NCBI GenBank assembly: GCA_963828825.1 | Contig: CAWHGF010000008.1 | Span: 17,608-81,607 of the forward strand | DNA: 64,000 nt | Direction: 5' to 3' | Source of the DNA: an uncultured Acidimicrobiaceae bacterium | Lineage (GTDB): Bacteria > Actinomycetota > Acidimicrobiia > Acidimicrobiales > RAAP-2 | In this document: one piece after another, positions 46,173-54,832 of the stretch | Layout of the letters: every line of letters starts with the position of its first letter | Position numbering within the stretch: position 1 is the first letter of the stretch | Position numbers and translations under genes: made by a program | Notes under the pieces: model-generated | The model's input: only the letters and a program-made list of their open reading frames with translations | What the model was told of the DNA's origin: nothing | Databases searched by the model: none

Positions 46173-46192
46173 ATGGTCCATATGTCCTATGT
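46173..46192 (+). promoter_or_regulatory. Tad-locus motif, opposite strand (reverse complement CATAGGA-catatg-GACCATT), upstream of the tadE-like operon
   Basis: Read directly. It is the right arm of the inverted pair, 93 nt before ATG 46285 (135 nt before ATG 46327). Confidence 0.45.
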
Positions 46193-46284
46193 ACCGTCGA
46201 CGGCTGACAGCCCAGAATCAACTCGCACGTCTCGCTGCGACGTACCACTTTGAACATGTCCAGAAGTTGGTACGGCCGTCTGAG

Positions 46285-46809
46285 ATGCAGAGGAGGGGAT
46301 TCGCCTTGGGAGCGCGCACGTCGAGGATGCAGAGGCAACTGAGGCGACAGCGCGATGAGCGCGGCGCGGAGATGGTCGAGTTCGCCCTTGTCGTCGTGCT
46401 CCTCATCGCGCTGCTCTACGGCATCATTTCGTACGGCTTGATCCTGGCGGCACAGTCCACCATCACCCAGGCGGCCGCCGACGGAGCACGAGCCGGGATC
46501 GTGCAATCGAGCACCTCACCTTGTACCTCTGGCACCACCCCATGCGCCATCACCACTGCCCAGACCCAGGCGGCCACCGACGTGGGCTGGATGGACAAGG
46601 GGACGTGCGGGACCGCCAGCACGACGATCACGTGCGTGGCGACGGAAGCTGCTTGCCCCTCGAATGCCAACAACCAGTGCCTCACGGTCAAGGTCACGTA
46701 CAACTACAACTCGAGCCCGCTCTTCCCCGAACTTCCCGGCATGGGCGTCATCACACCGTCGACCATCTCGTCGAGCAACACGCTGCAGATCTCGAGCCCC
46801 AGCTCGTAG
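46285..46809 (+). CDS. TadE-like pseudopilin
   Basis: Frame of ORF 46189..46809. It has the TadE signature ERGAEMVEFALVVVLLIALLYGIISYG, and the mature part has 6 Cys. The start is ATG 46285 or ATG 46327. Confidence 0.75.
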   Translation: MQRRGFALGARTSRMQRQLRRQRDERGAEMVEFALVVVLLIALLYGIISYGLILAAQSTITQAAADGARAGIVQSSTSPCTSGTTPCAITTAQTQAATDVGWMDKGTCGTASTTITCVATEAACPSNANNQCLTVKVTYNYNSSPLFPELPGMGVITPSTISSSNTLQISSPSS

Positions 46810-48453
46810 GTGACCAAGGTGAACCTGGCGAGACGGCTCCGATCCCGGCGAGCCCCTGACGAGCGAGGCGCAACGCTCATTCTGGTGGCCATGTGCATGG
46901 TGTTGCTCCTCTGGGGGGGCGCCTTCGGCGTCGACTTGGGCATCACCGTCGTGGGCGGTCGACAGATGCAGGCCATGGCGGACACGGCCGCACTCGACAT
47001 GGCCCGCTATATCGACGTTGCGGACTGGAGCCCGACGATCAACGGCGTGCCCAACGGCGCAGGACCCAGCGCCCAATACCTCAACGGCAAGCTGGCCTAC
47101 GCCGACACCGACAACGGCTCGAACGCCACGCTCAGCGAGACGCCGGGGGTGTGGCTGAACGGCAGCTTCACCCCCCAGGGGCAGAAGGTCGGCACTCCCG
47201 CCCAAACGGTCCAGTGCTGGTACTACAAACCGTTCGCCGCCCACCCGTGCAACGCGGTCAAGGTCACGGCAACACAGACGGTGCCACAGATCTTCGCGGG
47301 AGGCCACCCCACGGTGAGCAGGTCCTCCATTGCGACGGTCGCGCCGGAATCCAGCTTCGACATCGGTTCCTACCTCGCCTCCGTCAACTCGCAGCAGTCC
47401 GCCGTCCTGAACGCGCTCCTGGGCACGTTGGGCGGCACGGCCAGCGTCTCCCTCGTCGGGTACCAGGGGTTAGCCAACACCTCAGTGACGGTCAATCAGC
47501 TCATTACGGCTTCGGGCGGGCTGCTGACGTCGTCCAACGTGCTGACGACGTCATTGCTGGGTTCACAGTGGCAAGCCATCTGGAGTGATGCCGTGGCCAA
47601 TCAGGTCGCCCAGGTCAACTGCAGTTCCACGCCTACACCGCTCCCGTGCTCAGCCAGCACAGCGCTCAGCGCGCTGGACGTGACCGCGTCAACGTCAGTT
47701 TCGCTCTGCCAGCTGGTGTCGATCAATGGTTCGACGTGCAGCGGCAACCTCTCGACGCTCTCGACGGCAGCGCTCTCGGCCAGTCTCAATGTGCTCCAGA
47801 TGCTCACCACCGAGGCCGAGGTGGCCAACGGGACGCATGCAATCGACCTCGGAACCTCGCTCGGGATCACGGGCGTGTCCGATGCCAAGTTGACACTCAC
47901 CCTTGGTCAGATCCCCCAGGTGGCCTTCGGGCCCGTGGGCACCACGGCGTCCACGGCGCAGCTGACCACAGACCTCCAGCTGAACGACGGCCCCCTCGGC
48001 ATCATCGACATTCCCCTGTCGGCCGCACAGGGCACAGCCACCCTCACGACCCTGACCTGCGCGTTCAACGCCATGACAGCAACCAGCATCCAGCCGACGA
48101 CGACGGCGGTCACCGGCAACATCAGCCTTGCTGGTGTCGTCCTCGCCTCGATCTCGGTGTCCGGGGCGAACAGCGTCAATACCAGTCCGTTGGGCTATGG
48201 ACCGTCGGTCGTGCCGCCCACCGCCACGACGGCCGCAAACGACACCAACCCCCAAGCATTCCAACCGACACCACCAACAGCGAGCCTCACGAGCGGCTCG
48301 CTGGTCGTCGGCACGCTGACCGGCTCGGTGCTGAACGGCGTGGTCGGGCCGATCCTCCAGGCGGTAGGTGTCCCCTTGGGCTATGCCTCCTTGGGCGATG
48401 CAGAAGTCGCGGATCTCAGCACCAACTGCGGCTCCGTGGCGCTCGTGCAGTGA
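46810..48453 (+). CDS. TadG-like large pseudopilin / pilus-associated protein
   Basis: ORF track, 547 aa. The N-terminus DERGATLILVAMCMVLLLWGGAFGVDLGITVVGGRQMQAMADTAALDMAR matches the TadG N-terminal (Tad_N) pattern. The rest is Ser/Thr/Ala-rich with 8 Cys. Confidence 0.75.
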   Translation: MTKVNLARRLRSRRAPDERGATLILVAMCMVLLLWGGAFGVDLGITVVGGRQMQAMADTAALDMARYIDVADWSPTINGVPNGAGPSAQYLNGKLAYADTDNGSNATLSETPGVWLNGSFTPQGQKVGTPAQTVQCWYYKPFAAHPCNAVKVTATQTVPQIFAGGHPTVSRSSIATVAPESSFDIGSYLASVNSQQSAVLNALLGTLGGTASVSLVGYQGLANTSVTVNQLITASGGLLTSSNVLTTSLLGSQWQAIWSDAVANQVAQVNCSSTPTPLPCSASTALSALDVTASTSVSLCQLVSINGSTCSGNLSTLSTAALSASLNVLQMLTTEAEVANGTHAIDLGTSLGITGVSDAKLTLTLGQIPQVAFGPVGTTASTAQLTTDLQLNDGPLGIIDIPLSAAQGTATLTTLTCAFNAMTATSIQPTTTAVTGNISLAGVVLASISVSGANSVNTSPLGYGPSVVPPTATTAANDTNPQAFQPTPPTASLTSGSLVVGTLTGSVLNGVVGPILQAVGVPLGYASLGDAEVADLSTNCGSVALVQ

Positions 48454-49142
48454 GCGTCCCGGTCACACTCCTGGGCGGCGCGGCGCTGGGCATGGCGGCG
48501 GGGTCGCTGTTGGTCCCGCTCACCCGGCGCGAGCTGACCGCCGCCGTGGCGCGCTCCTCGCCGGGCGATGCGCCAATCGCAACGGCCGACCTGTCGGCGC
48601 CCCGGATCGCCTGGGGTCACTGGGTCGCCCTCGCCGTGGTGTCGGGCCTCCTGCCGGCCTACGTGCTGCACCGGGTCGGCTGGTCGCCAAATGCGCTGCC
48701 GCCGCTACTCCTGCTCGTCGGCCTCGTGCAGCTCGCCTACTGCGACCTGAGGCGCCGCCTGCTGCCCAAGACCCTCGTGTACGCGTTGAGCGCGGCGGTC
48801 ATCACCAGCGGTGTGATGGTCGCCGTCTTCACTAACGAGTGGGAGCGTCTCCTGCTGGCATCCCTCGGGGGCCTCGTCTCCTTCGCCCTGCTCTTCATCG
48901 TCAACCTGATGAACCCGCGTTGGATGGCCTTCGGCGACGTACGCCTGTCCCTCGTGTTCGGTTTCGGGCTGGCCTGGGTGAGCCCGATGGCGCTCCTTCA
49001 GGCCTTCCTCTACGCCAATCTGCTCGCTGTCGTCGTCGGGTTCGCCCTCATCGTCGCCCACCGCGCCGAGCGCCGGTCCGCCGTACCGTTCGGCCTCTAT
49101 ATGGCGCTCGGAGCCGGCGTGGTGCTGCTCACCTGGAGCTGA
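48450..49142 (+). CDS. A24-family prepilin peptidase (TadV/CpaA-like)
   Basis: Last 230 codons of ORF 47646..49142. GTG 48450 overlaps the tadG-like stop (GTGA). The protein is polytopic, with two catalytic Asp contexts: LAYCDLRRRLLP and WMAFGDVRLS. Confidence 0.8.
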   Translation: MSVPVTLLGGAALGMAAGSLLVPLTRRELTAAVARSSPGDAPIATADLSAPRIAWGHWVALAVVSGLLPAYVLHRVGWSPNALPPLLLLVGLVQLAYCDLRRRLLPKTLVYALSAAVITSGVMVAVFTNEWERLLLASLGGLVSFALLFIVNLMNPRWMAFGDVRLSLVFGFGLAWVSPMALLQAFLYANLLAVVVGFALIVAHRAERRSAVPFGLYMALGAGVVLLTWS

Positions 49143-49153
49143 GGGACCAGCGC

Positions 49154-50521
49154 TCAGGCAGGCGACAGGACCTTGACGTTTTGCGCCTCGTCCCCTTTGC
49201 GGCCAGACCCGATGGTGAACTCCACGCTCGACCCCGGTGCAATGCCCCGGTGAGCATCTCCTTCAACCTGCGAATGGTGTACGAAAAGGTCTTCACCACC
49301 ATGGTGTTCCACGAACCCGTAGCCACGGGATGTGTTGAAGAACTTCACCGTTCCGGTCAGTTTCTTAGACTTCGGGCTCCCTCCGCCGGCGGCGCTTGCT
49401 GCCGGCGTCGGAGTTGAGAACGGCGGCATCAGCCTCGGCGGTAACCCAAGCGCACGTTGCACGCCAAGCACATCCTTGTGCTGCTCAGAAGTGACCAAAG
49501 ACACGACCGTGCCGGTGTGACCCGCCCGGCCCGTCCGGCCCGACCGGTGGACGTAGTCAATGTGGTCAGATGGCGGGTCGAAATGGACCACGCACGGCAA
49601 GGCGTCGACATGGATGCCGCGTGCCACAACATCGGTCGCCACCAGGGCGTCGACCTTCCCCTTGGCGAACGACTCTAGAGCTCGTTCCCGCTGCCCCTGC
49701 GTACGGTCGCCGTGCATGGGGACGGCACGGACACCATGCGCCTGCAGCTGGCGGACGACGCGGTCGGCCCCACGCTTGGTGCGGCAGAAGACGAACGCTT
49801 GTCCGTGATGTTCGATCAACTTGGCCGTGATCGCCACGCGCTCGGCGCGATCGACCTTCCAGAAGTGGTGGGCCACATCGCCCTTCGCCTCCTCAGTGAC
49901 CTCGATGGCAACCCTGACAGGGTCCCGCTGGTAGTTGCGGATGATCGACTCAACCTCGCGCCCGATGGTGGCCGAGAAGAGCAGGACCTGGCGGTTCGCC
50001 GCGGTCTGGTCGAGCAGACGACGCACGGCAGGAAGGAAACCCATGTCGGCCATGCGATCCGCCTCGTCGAGCACCACGGTCGTGACATCGTCGAGCCGGA
50101 CGTCCCCCCGCTCGATCAGGTCCTCGAGACGCCCGGGGCAGGCCACCACGATGTTGACTCCCTTGTGCAGGGCTCGCACCTGATCCCGGTATCCCATGCC
50201 ACCGAAGATGGACACGACCCGCTTGCGGTCATGCCCCAGGAGCTCTCCGATGACCTCATGCACCTGCGACGCCAGCTCACGGGTCGGCACGAGGACCAGC
50301 GCTCTCGGGCAGCGCGGGCGCGACTGGACCGTGTTGACGACGAGCGGGATGCCGAAGGCCAACGTCTTGCCTGAGCCGGTGGGCGCCTTGCCGCAGATGT
50401 CCCGGCCTGCCATGGCGGGTGGGATCGTCTCTGACTGAATCGTGAGCGGTTCGGTGATCCCCTGGCGGGAGAGCCGCTGGGTGTACGCCGCGGGGACGCC
50501 AAGGTCTGAGAAGGAAGGAAT
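49154..50521 (-). CDS. DEAD-box RNA helicase fused to a C-terminal cold-shock (CSD) domain; 5' end unresolved
   Basis: ORF track 49154..50413 starts inside the helicase core. My upstream translation adds IPSFSDLGVPAAYTQRLSRQGITEPLTIQSETIPPA (the Q motif). Core motifs are APTGSGKT, PTRELA, DEAD (VLDEADRM), SAT and HRSGRTGRAG. The C-terminus GTVKFFNTSRGYGFVEHHGGEDLFVHHSQV...GRKGDEAQNVKVL is CspA-like, with RNP1 and RNP2. Confidence 0.8.
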   Translation of the reverse strand: MPSFSDLGVPAAYTQRLSRQGITEPLTIQSETIPPAMAGRDICGKAPTGSGKTLAFGIPLVVNTVQSRPRCPRALVLVPTRELASQVHEVIGELLGHDRKRVVSIFGGMGYRDQVRALHKGVNIVVACPGRLEDLIERGDVRLDDVTTVVLDEADRMADMGFLPAVRRLLDQTAANRQVLLFSATIGREVESIIRNYQRDPVRVAIEVTEEAKGDVAHHFWKVDRAERVAITAKLIEHHGQAFVFCRTKRGADRVVRQLQAHGVRAVPMHGDRTQGQRERALESFAKGKVDALVATDVVARGIHVDALPCVVHFDPPSDHIDYVHRSGRTGRAGHTGTVVSLVTSEQHKDVLGVQRALGLPPRLMPPFSTPTPAASAAGGGSPKSKKLTGTVKFFNTSRGYGFVEHHGGEDLFVHHSQVEGDAHRGIAPGSSVEFTIGSGRKGDEAQNVKVLSPA

Positions 50522-50605
50522 GACAAGACTCCGATCGAGGAAGAGCGGCCTACTCGATCAGGATTCTCGAACGGGCCCCACCGGGCGGATGCCCGAGGCA
50601 GATCA

Positions 50606-51526
50606 ATGATAGCAGAACGCTGGGATTATCCTGCCGTCATGCCCGCGCTCACACCCGAGCTGAAGCAACGATGGGACTCCGACGGGTGGTGCATTGTGCC
50701 CGACCTGATCCCGCCTGCCGAGCTGGCCGGAGCGCAGGACGCCATGCACCGGCACTTCCCCACCCCTGCCGAAATGGCAGAACAGGGTGGCAGCAGAGCC
50801 ACCCAGTGGCACACCTGGGATGCGCCGTGGCCGGAGTTCCCTTTCCACAGCTCGCGCCTCAACGCGCTGGTGCTCCACGACGGCGTAATCGACCTGGCTG
50901 AGGGGCTGCTCGGCACTGCGGATCTCGCGCTCTACATGGGCATTGTGACGGCGAAGTACGCGCACCAGGCCTCGGGCTACAACCAGCTCCTGCACGCCGA
51001 CTATCCCAACCACATGCTGGTCGTGCCTCGACATGAGCTCGGCTACCAACAGGTGGAGTTCTTCGTCTACCTCACCGACGTCGCCGCCGCGGACGGCGCC
51101 ACCCGGTTCGTCTCTTGGCAGAAGACCAAGGACATTCCCGTCGAGAGGCACACGCTCAACTACGTGGAGTACGCCGAGATGTACGCGGACGCGTCCGTTG
51201 CAGCAGCGACCGCCGGATCGGTCGTCGCCTACCGTCCCGACGTGTACCACCGGTCGGCCGACTTCACCGATCCCACGCGGTACCGCGTCATGCTCCATGT
51301 CTCGTTTCGTCACCGCGAGGCCGGCTGGGGTGGCTACCAGGCCTGGCCCTTCCGGGGCTTCTCGCCCGAGCTCACCAAGTACGTGCAGCAGGCGACGCCG
51401 CGCCAGCTCGAGCTCATGGGCGTGCCGGCGCCCGGCCATCCCTACTGGAACGAGGCGACACTCGCCGGCGTCCAAGCCCGCTACCCCGGCCTCGATATGA
51501 GTCCCTGGAGGAAGGCGCTGGGCTGA
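50606..51526 (+). CDS. phytanoyl-CoA dioxygenase (PhyH) family Fe(II)/2-oxoglutarate oxygenase
   Basis: ORF track, 306 aa. It has WDSDGWCIVPDLIPPAEL, an HxD in LLHADYP, ATRFVS and RPDVYHRS. The alternative start is ATG 50639. Confidence 0.65.
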   Translation: MIAERWDYPAVMPALTPELKQRWDSDGWCIVPDLIPPAELAGAQDAMHRHFPTPAEMAEQGGSRATQWHTWDAPWPEFPFHSSRLNALVLHDGVIDLAEGLLGTADLALYMGIVTAKYAHQASGYNQLLHADYPNHMLVVPRHELGYQQVEFFVYLTDVAAADGATRFVSWQKTKDIPVERHTLNYVEYAEMYADASVAAATAGSVVAYRPDVYHRSADFTDPTRYRVMLHVSFRHREAGWGGYQAWPFRGFSPELTKYVQQATPRQLELMGVPAPGHPYWNEATLAGVQARYPGLDMSPWRKALG

Positions 51527-51529
51527 CGG

Positions 51530-52945
51530 TCAGGCGCGCAACGGGGCACCAGGTACGACCGGTGGCCATGGCATCTCGCGCTCCGCCACCAGCGCCAGCT
51601 CGAGCAGCAGCTGTTCTCGGTGGTGTCCGGCCAACACCTGCAGTCCGACCGGCATCCCGTCGACCAGCCCCGCCGGGATGCTCACCGCCGGACTGCCGTT
51701 GAGATTGGAGGGCGCCGTCAGTGCCGCCTGATTCATGATGGCCCGGGCGAAACCAACCTCATGGACGAGATCCCGGCCGGGGATTGTCGAGGGTGGTGGC
51801 CCCTCCGCCTTGAAGGCCACGTCCGGGTGCGTCGAGCAGAACACGAAGTCGGCCTGGTCGAAGAGGTCGGCCATCGCACCGTTGAGCTGCCGGCGGTAGC
51901 GCTCGACGGACGCGGCCCTTTCGAGGGTGTAGCGCTCCCGGGCACTCCCGAGACCGGCGGCGATCTCGCGCGAGAGTTCGTCGACGCGATCCGGATAGGC
52001 ATCGCCCAGGTCCACCACGAAGGGCGGCTGATTGGCCATGGCCCACGCACCGCGTAGCGGCGGAAGCGTCGGCGACACCGTCACGAGGCGCAGGCCGGCC
52101 ATCCGCGCCAGGTGTTCGGCCTTCGCGGCGACCAGCAGGGCGACCTCCTCCCGGACCTGCGCGATCCCCAGATCGACCAGGATGGCAACCGTCATGCCAG
52201 ACAGATCGTGCGTGCCGAGTTCGGCCTCCCACCCCTCCACCCGGGGAAGGCTCAGCGGGTCGCGGCGGTCAAACCCGTTGCAGGCGTCGAAGTAGCGCGC
52301 CGTGTCCCGCACCGACCGGGTCAGGACCCCTTTCACCGTGGTCATCGGCTCAATGGTGCCGTCAGGGCCTTTCGGAATCCGCCCGTAGGTCGCCTTCAGG
52401 CCGAACAGCCCGCTGAAGCCCGCCGGTCCCCGGATGGACCCCCCGCCGTCGCTGCCGGTTGCGATCGGGAGGAGTCCCCCGGCGACGGCCGCCGCCGTCC
52501 CACCCGACGACCCGCCCGGGGTGCGCTCGGGATTCCACGGATTGCGCGTCGTCCCGTGCAACTCGGTCGATGTGCAGTTGATACCCCCGAACTCGGGGGC
52601 CGTCGTCTGGGCCGCCAACACGGCACCGGTGGCGCGCAGGCGAACCAGCGACGTGTCGTCATGGGCGGCGAGCCGGTCCCGGAAGATCACGGATGCCTCC
52701 GTATAGGGCCACCCCTCCACCTTCTCGAGCTCCTTGACGCCGAAGGGCACGCCACCGAAGGGCAGCGACACGTCGGCCCGGCGCGCCGCCTCCTTGGCGC
52801 GGTCGAAGTCAGTGAAACTGAACGCGTTGAGCGGCGACTCCCCTATGGCGGCGATGGAGGACTCGAGAGCTTCCAGAGGGGACAGCAACCCCGCCCGGAA
52901 GGCATCGACCAGGCTGCAGGCATCTCCCAACCACGGTGCGGCCAC
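51530..52945 (-). CDS. amidase (amidase-signature family)
   Basis: Frame of ORF 51530..53536, starting at GTG 52945 (VAAPWLGDAC...). It has GGVPFGVKE, TPGGSSGGTAAAVAGG and GSDGGGSIRGPA. Confidence 0.85.
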   Translation of the reverse strand: MAAPWLGDACSLVDAFRAGLLSPLEALESSIAAIGESPLNAFSFTDFDRAKEAARRADVSLPFGGVPFGVKELEKVEGWPYTEASVIFRDRLAAHDDTSLVRLRATGAVLAAQTTAPEFGGINCTSTELHGTTRNPWNPERTPGGSSGGTAAAVAGGLLPIATGSDGGGSIRGPAGFSGLFGLKATYGRIPKGPDGTIEPMTTVKGVLTRSVRDTARYFDACNGFDRRDPLSLPRVEGWEAELGTHDLSGMTVAILVDLGIAQVREEVALLVAAKAEHLARMAGLRLVTVSPTLPPLRGAWAMANQPPFVVDLGDAYPDRVDELSREIAAGLGSARERYTLERAASVERYRRQLNGAMADLFDQADFVFCSTHPDVAFKAEGPPPSTIPGRDLVHEVGFARAIMNQAALTAPSNLNGSPAVSIPAGLVDGMPVGLQVLAGHHREQLLLELALVAEREMPWPPVVPGAPLRA

Positions 52946-53005
52946 GCGCGGAGAGTACCCCGCGGCCCTCGCTGCGTCGCCGTGGTGGTCGGTAGCGTGC
53001 CGGGT

Positions 53006-53998
53006 ATGAGGATCACCGAGCTCACGACACCAGCGCTCCTGGTGGAGGCGCACCGGCTGGAGGGCAACGTCCGGACCATGGCCGAAGCCCTGCCGGGAAG
53101 TCGGTTGCGGCCGCACGTCAAGGCGCACAAATGCACCGCACTGGCGACCCGCCAGGCCGCGGCGGGCCACACCGGGTTCACTTGCGCAACCATGCGCGAA
53201 ATGGAGGGGATGGTACGAGCTGGGCTGGGAGCAGACCTCCTGTTGGCGAATGAAGTGGTCGACGCGACTCGGCTGGGCGCGCTCGCCCGAGCGGGCGCAC
53301 GCATCACCGTCGCCGTTGACTCCGACGCGACGATCGAGGCGGCGGCGTACGCTGGCGTGCCCGAGGTGCTGATCGACGTCAACGTGGGCCTCCCTCGCTG
53401 CGGTTGCCCGCCCCACGAAGCGGGTCGGCTGGCCGATCGCGCCCGAGCAGCCGGCCTCAGCGTGCGTGGGGTAATGGGGTACGAGGGCCATATCATCGGC
53501 CTGGAAGACCGGGCAACACGCACCGCCATGCTCCAAGACTCAATGGGTCAGCTCACCATGGCGGCCGGTCAGGTGGGCGCCGAGGTGATCTCGGCGGGCG
53601 GCACCGGGACGTATGACATCAACTCCTGGGCCACCGAAATTCAGGCCGGCTCCTATGCCCTCATGGACACGGCCTACGGCAAGCTCGGGCTGCCTTTTAC
53701 CCAGGCGCTCTCCGTCCTGTCCACCGTGATCTCCGTATCCGCGAGTTGGGCCGTGGCCGACTGTGGGCTCAAGGCGCTGGGCATGGACCACGGGAACCCA
53801 TCTGTCGAAGGGGCTGAAGTGCGGTTCTGCTCGGACGAACACCTAACGTTCGTCCCTGCTTCTCCCCTTCGTGTCGGGGACCGCATTCGGGTACTCCCCG
53901 CGCACGTCGACCCGACGATGGCATACCACGACTCCCTCTACGTGGTCGACGGCGACGAGGTTGTCGAGTGCTGGGACGTCGACCTGCGGGGCTGGTGA
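53006..53998 (+). CDS. DSD1-family PLP enzyme (D-serine dehydratase / D-threonine aldolase-like, alanine racemase N-terminal fold)
   Basis: Last 330 codons of ORF 52112..53998, starting at ATG 53006 (MRITELTTPALLV). The PLP-Lys context is RPHVKAHKC. It also has GVMGYEGH, QAGSYALMD and PAHVDPT. Confidence 0.7.
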   Translation: MRITELTTPALLVEAHRLEGNVRTMAEALPGSRLRPHVKAHKCTALATRQAAAGHTGFTCATMREMEGMVRAGLGADLLLANEVVDATRLGALARAGARITVAVDSDATIEAAAYAGVPEVLIDVNVGLPRCGCPPHEAGRLADRARAAGLSVRGVMGYEGHIIGLEDRATRTAMLQDSMGQLTMAAGQVGAEVISAGGTGTYDINSWATEIQAGSYALMDTAYGKLGLPFTQALSVLSTVISVSASWAVADCGLKALGMDHGNPSVEGAEVRFCSDEHLTFVPASPLRVGDRIRVLPAHVDPTMAYHDSLYVVDGDEVVECWDVDLRGW

Positions 53999-54075
53999 CG
54001 GCAGCGACATTCTGAATGAAGACTCAGAGGGAACTCGCCGCCCCGGTAGGGTCTTGCCCGATAAAGGAGGCCGGT

Positions 54076-54717
54076 ATGGCAGACGCCACGTTCACGATCG
54101 GGGCCGCCGCAGTGTGTAGCGACGGACCCTGCGGCGCGGTGAGCAGGGTGGTCGTTGACCCGGTGGCCCGCGAGCTCACCCACCTGGTGGTCGAGCCCGA
54201 GCACCGCAGCGGTCTGGGCCGGCTCGTCCCGCTCGACATGGTGGAGGCCGGCACAGGCGACGTCCGCCTCCGGTACACGCTCGCCGAGTTCGAGATGCTC
54301 CCCTCCGCCGAGGAGACCGATTTCCTCCCCGGCGGCAGCGGCTATGACGCCTATGCCGCACACGAGGCGTACTACTGGCCCTACTTCGGTCTGGAGGGTG
54401 GCGCCGATCCCAGGCTCGCCTTGGCGAGCGCGGTCGAGACCCGTGACACGCTCCCACCGGGAGAGATCGGCATTCGGCGTGGCGAGGCTGTGCACGCGAG
54501 CGATGGTGAGATCGGCAACGTGGAAGGCTTGGTCGTTGACTCTGCCCAGGGCCACGTCACCCACGTGCTCCTGCAGGAAGGGCATCTCTGGGGACGGAAG
54601 CGGGTCGCCATCCCGATCAGCGCCGTCGAGAAGATCGACCAAGACATCACGGTCAAGCTGACCAAGCATGAGATCGAGGCCCTGCCGGCCGTCGGCGTCA
54701 CCGAACTCCACCGGTAA
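54076..54717 (+). CDS. PRC-barrel domain protein
   Basis: Frame of ORF 54016..54717. ATG 54076 follows AAGGAGG. It contains two PRC-like units, e.g. GEAVHASDGEIGNVEGLVVDSAQGHVTHVLLQEGHLWGRKRVAIPISAV. Confidence 0.6.
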   Translation: MADATFTIGAAAVCSDGPCGAVSRVVVDPVARELTHLVVEPEHRSGLGRLVPLDMVEAGTGDVRLRYTLAEFEMLPSAEETDFLPGGSGYDAYAAHEAYYWPYFGLEGGADPRLALASAVETRDTLPPGEIGIRRGEAVHASDGEIGNVEGLVVDSAQGHVTHVLLQEGHLWGRKRVAIPISAVEKIDQDITVKLTKHEIEALPAVGVTELHR

Positions 54718-54832
54718 GTAGGCGGGAGCCCGCCTGCATCGGCGGACCCTCACGCGAGGCGTGAATCCTGCCTGTCGGCATTGAGCGGGCCGCTCGTGGC
54801 ATCTCCCGTCCACCCGTCTGGGATAGACCAGT

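Noticed and set aside
39701-46196. Reading the Tad-locus motif (AATGGTC-N6-GCCTATG) as a sigma-54 -24/-12 promoter or a sigma-70 -35/-10 pair.
   Set aside because: The GG-to-GC spacing is 2 nt shorter than the -24/-12 geometry, and Actinobacteria are not known to encode RpoN. A 6-nt gap is far too short for -35/-10. I kept it only as an unassigned operator/promoter element.
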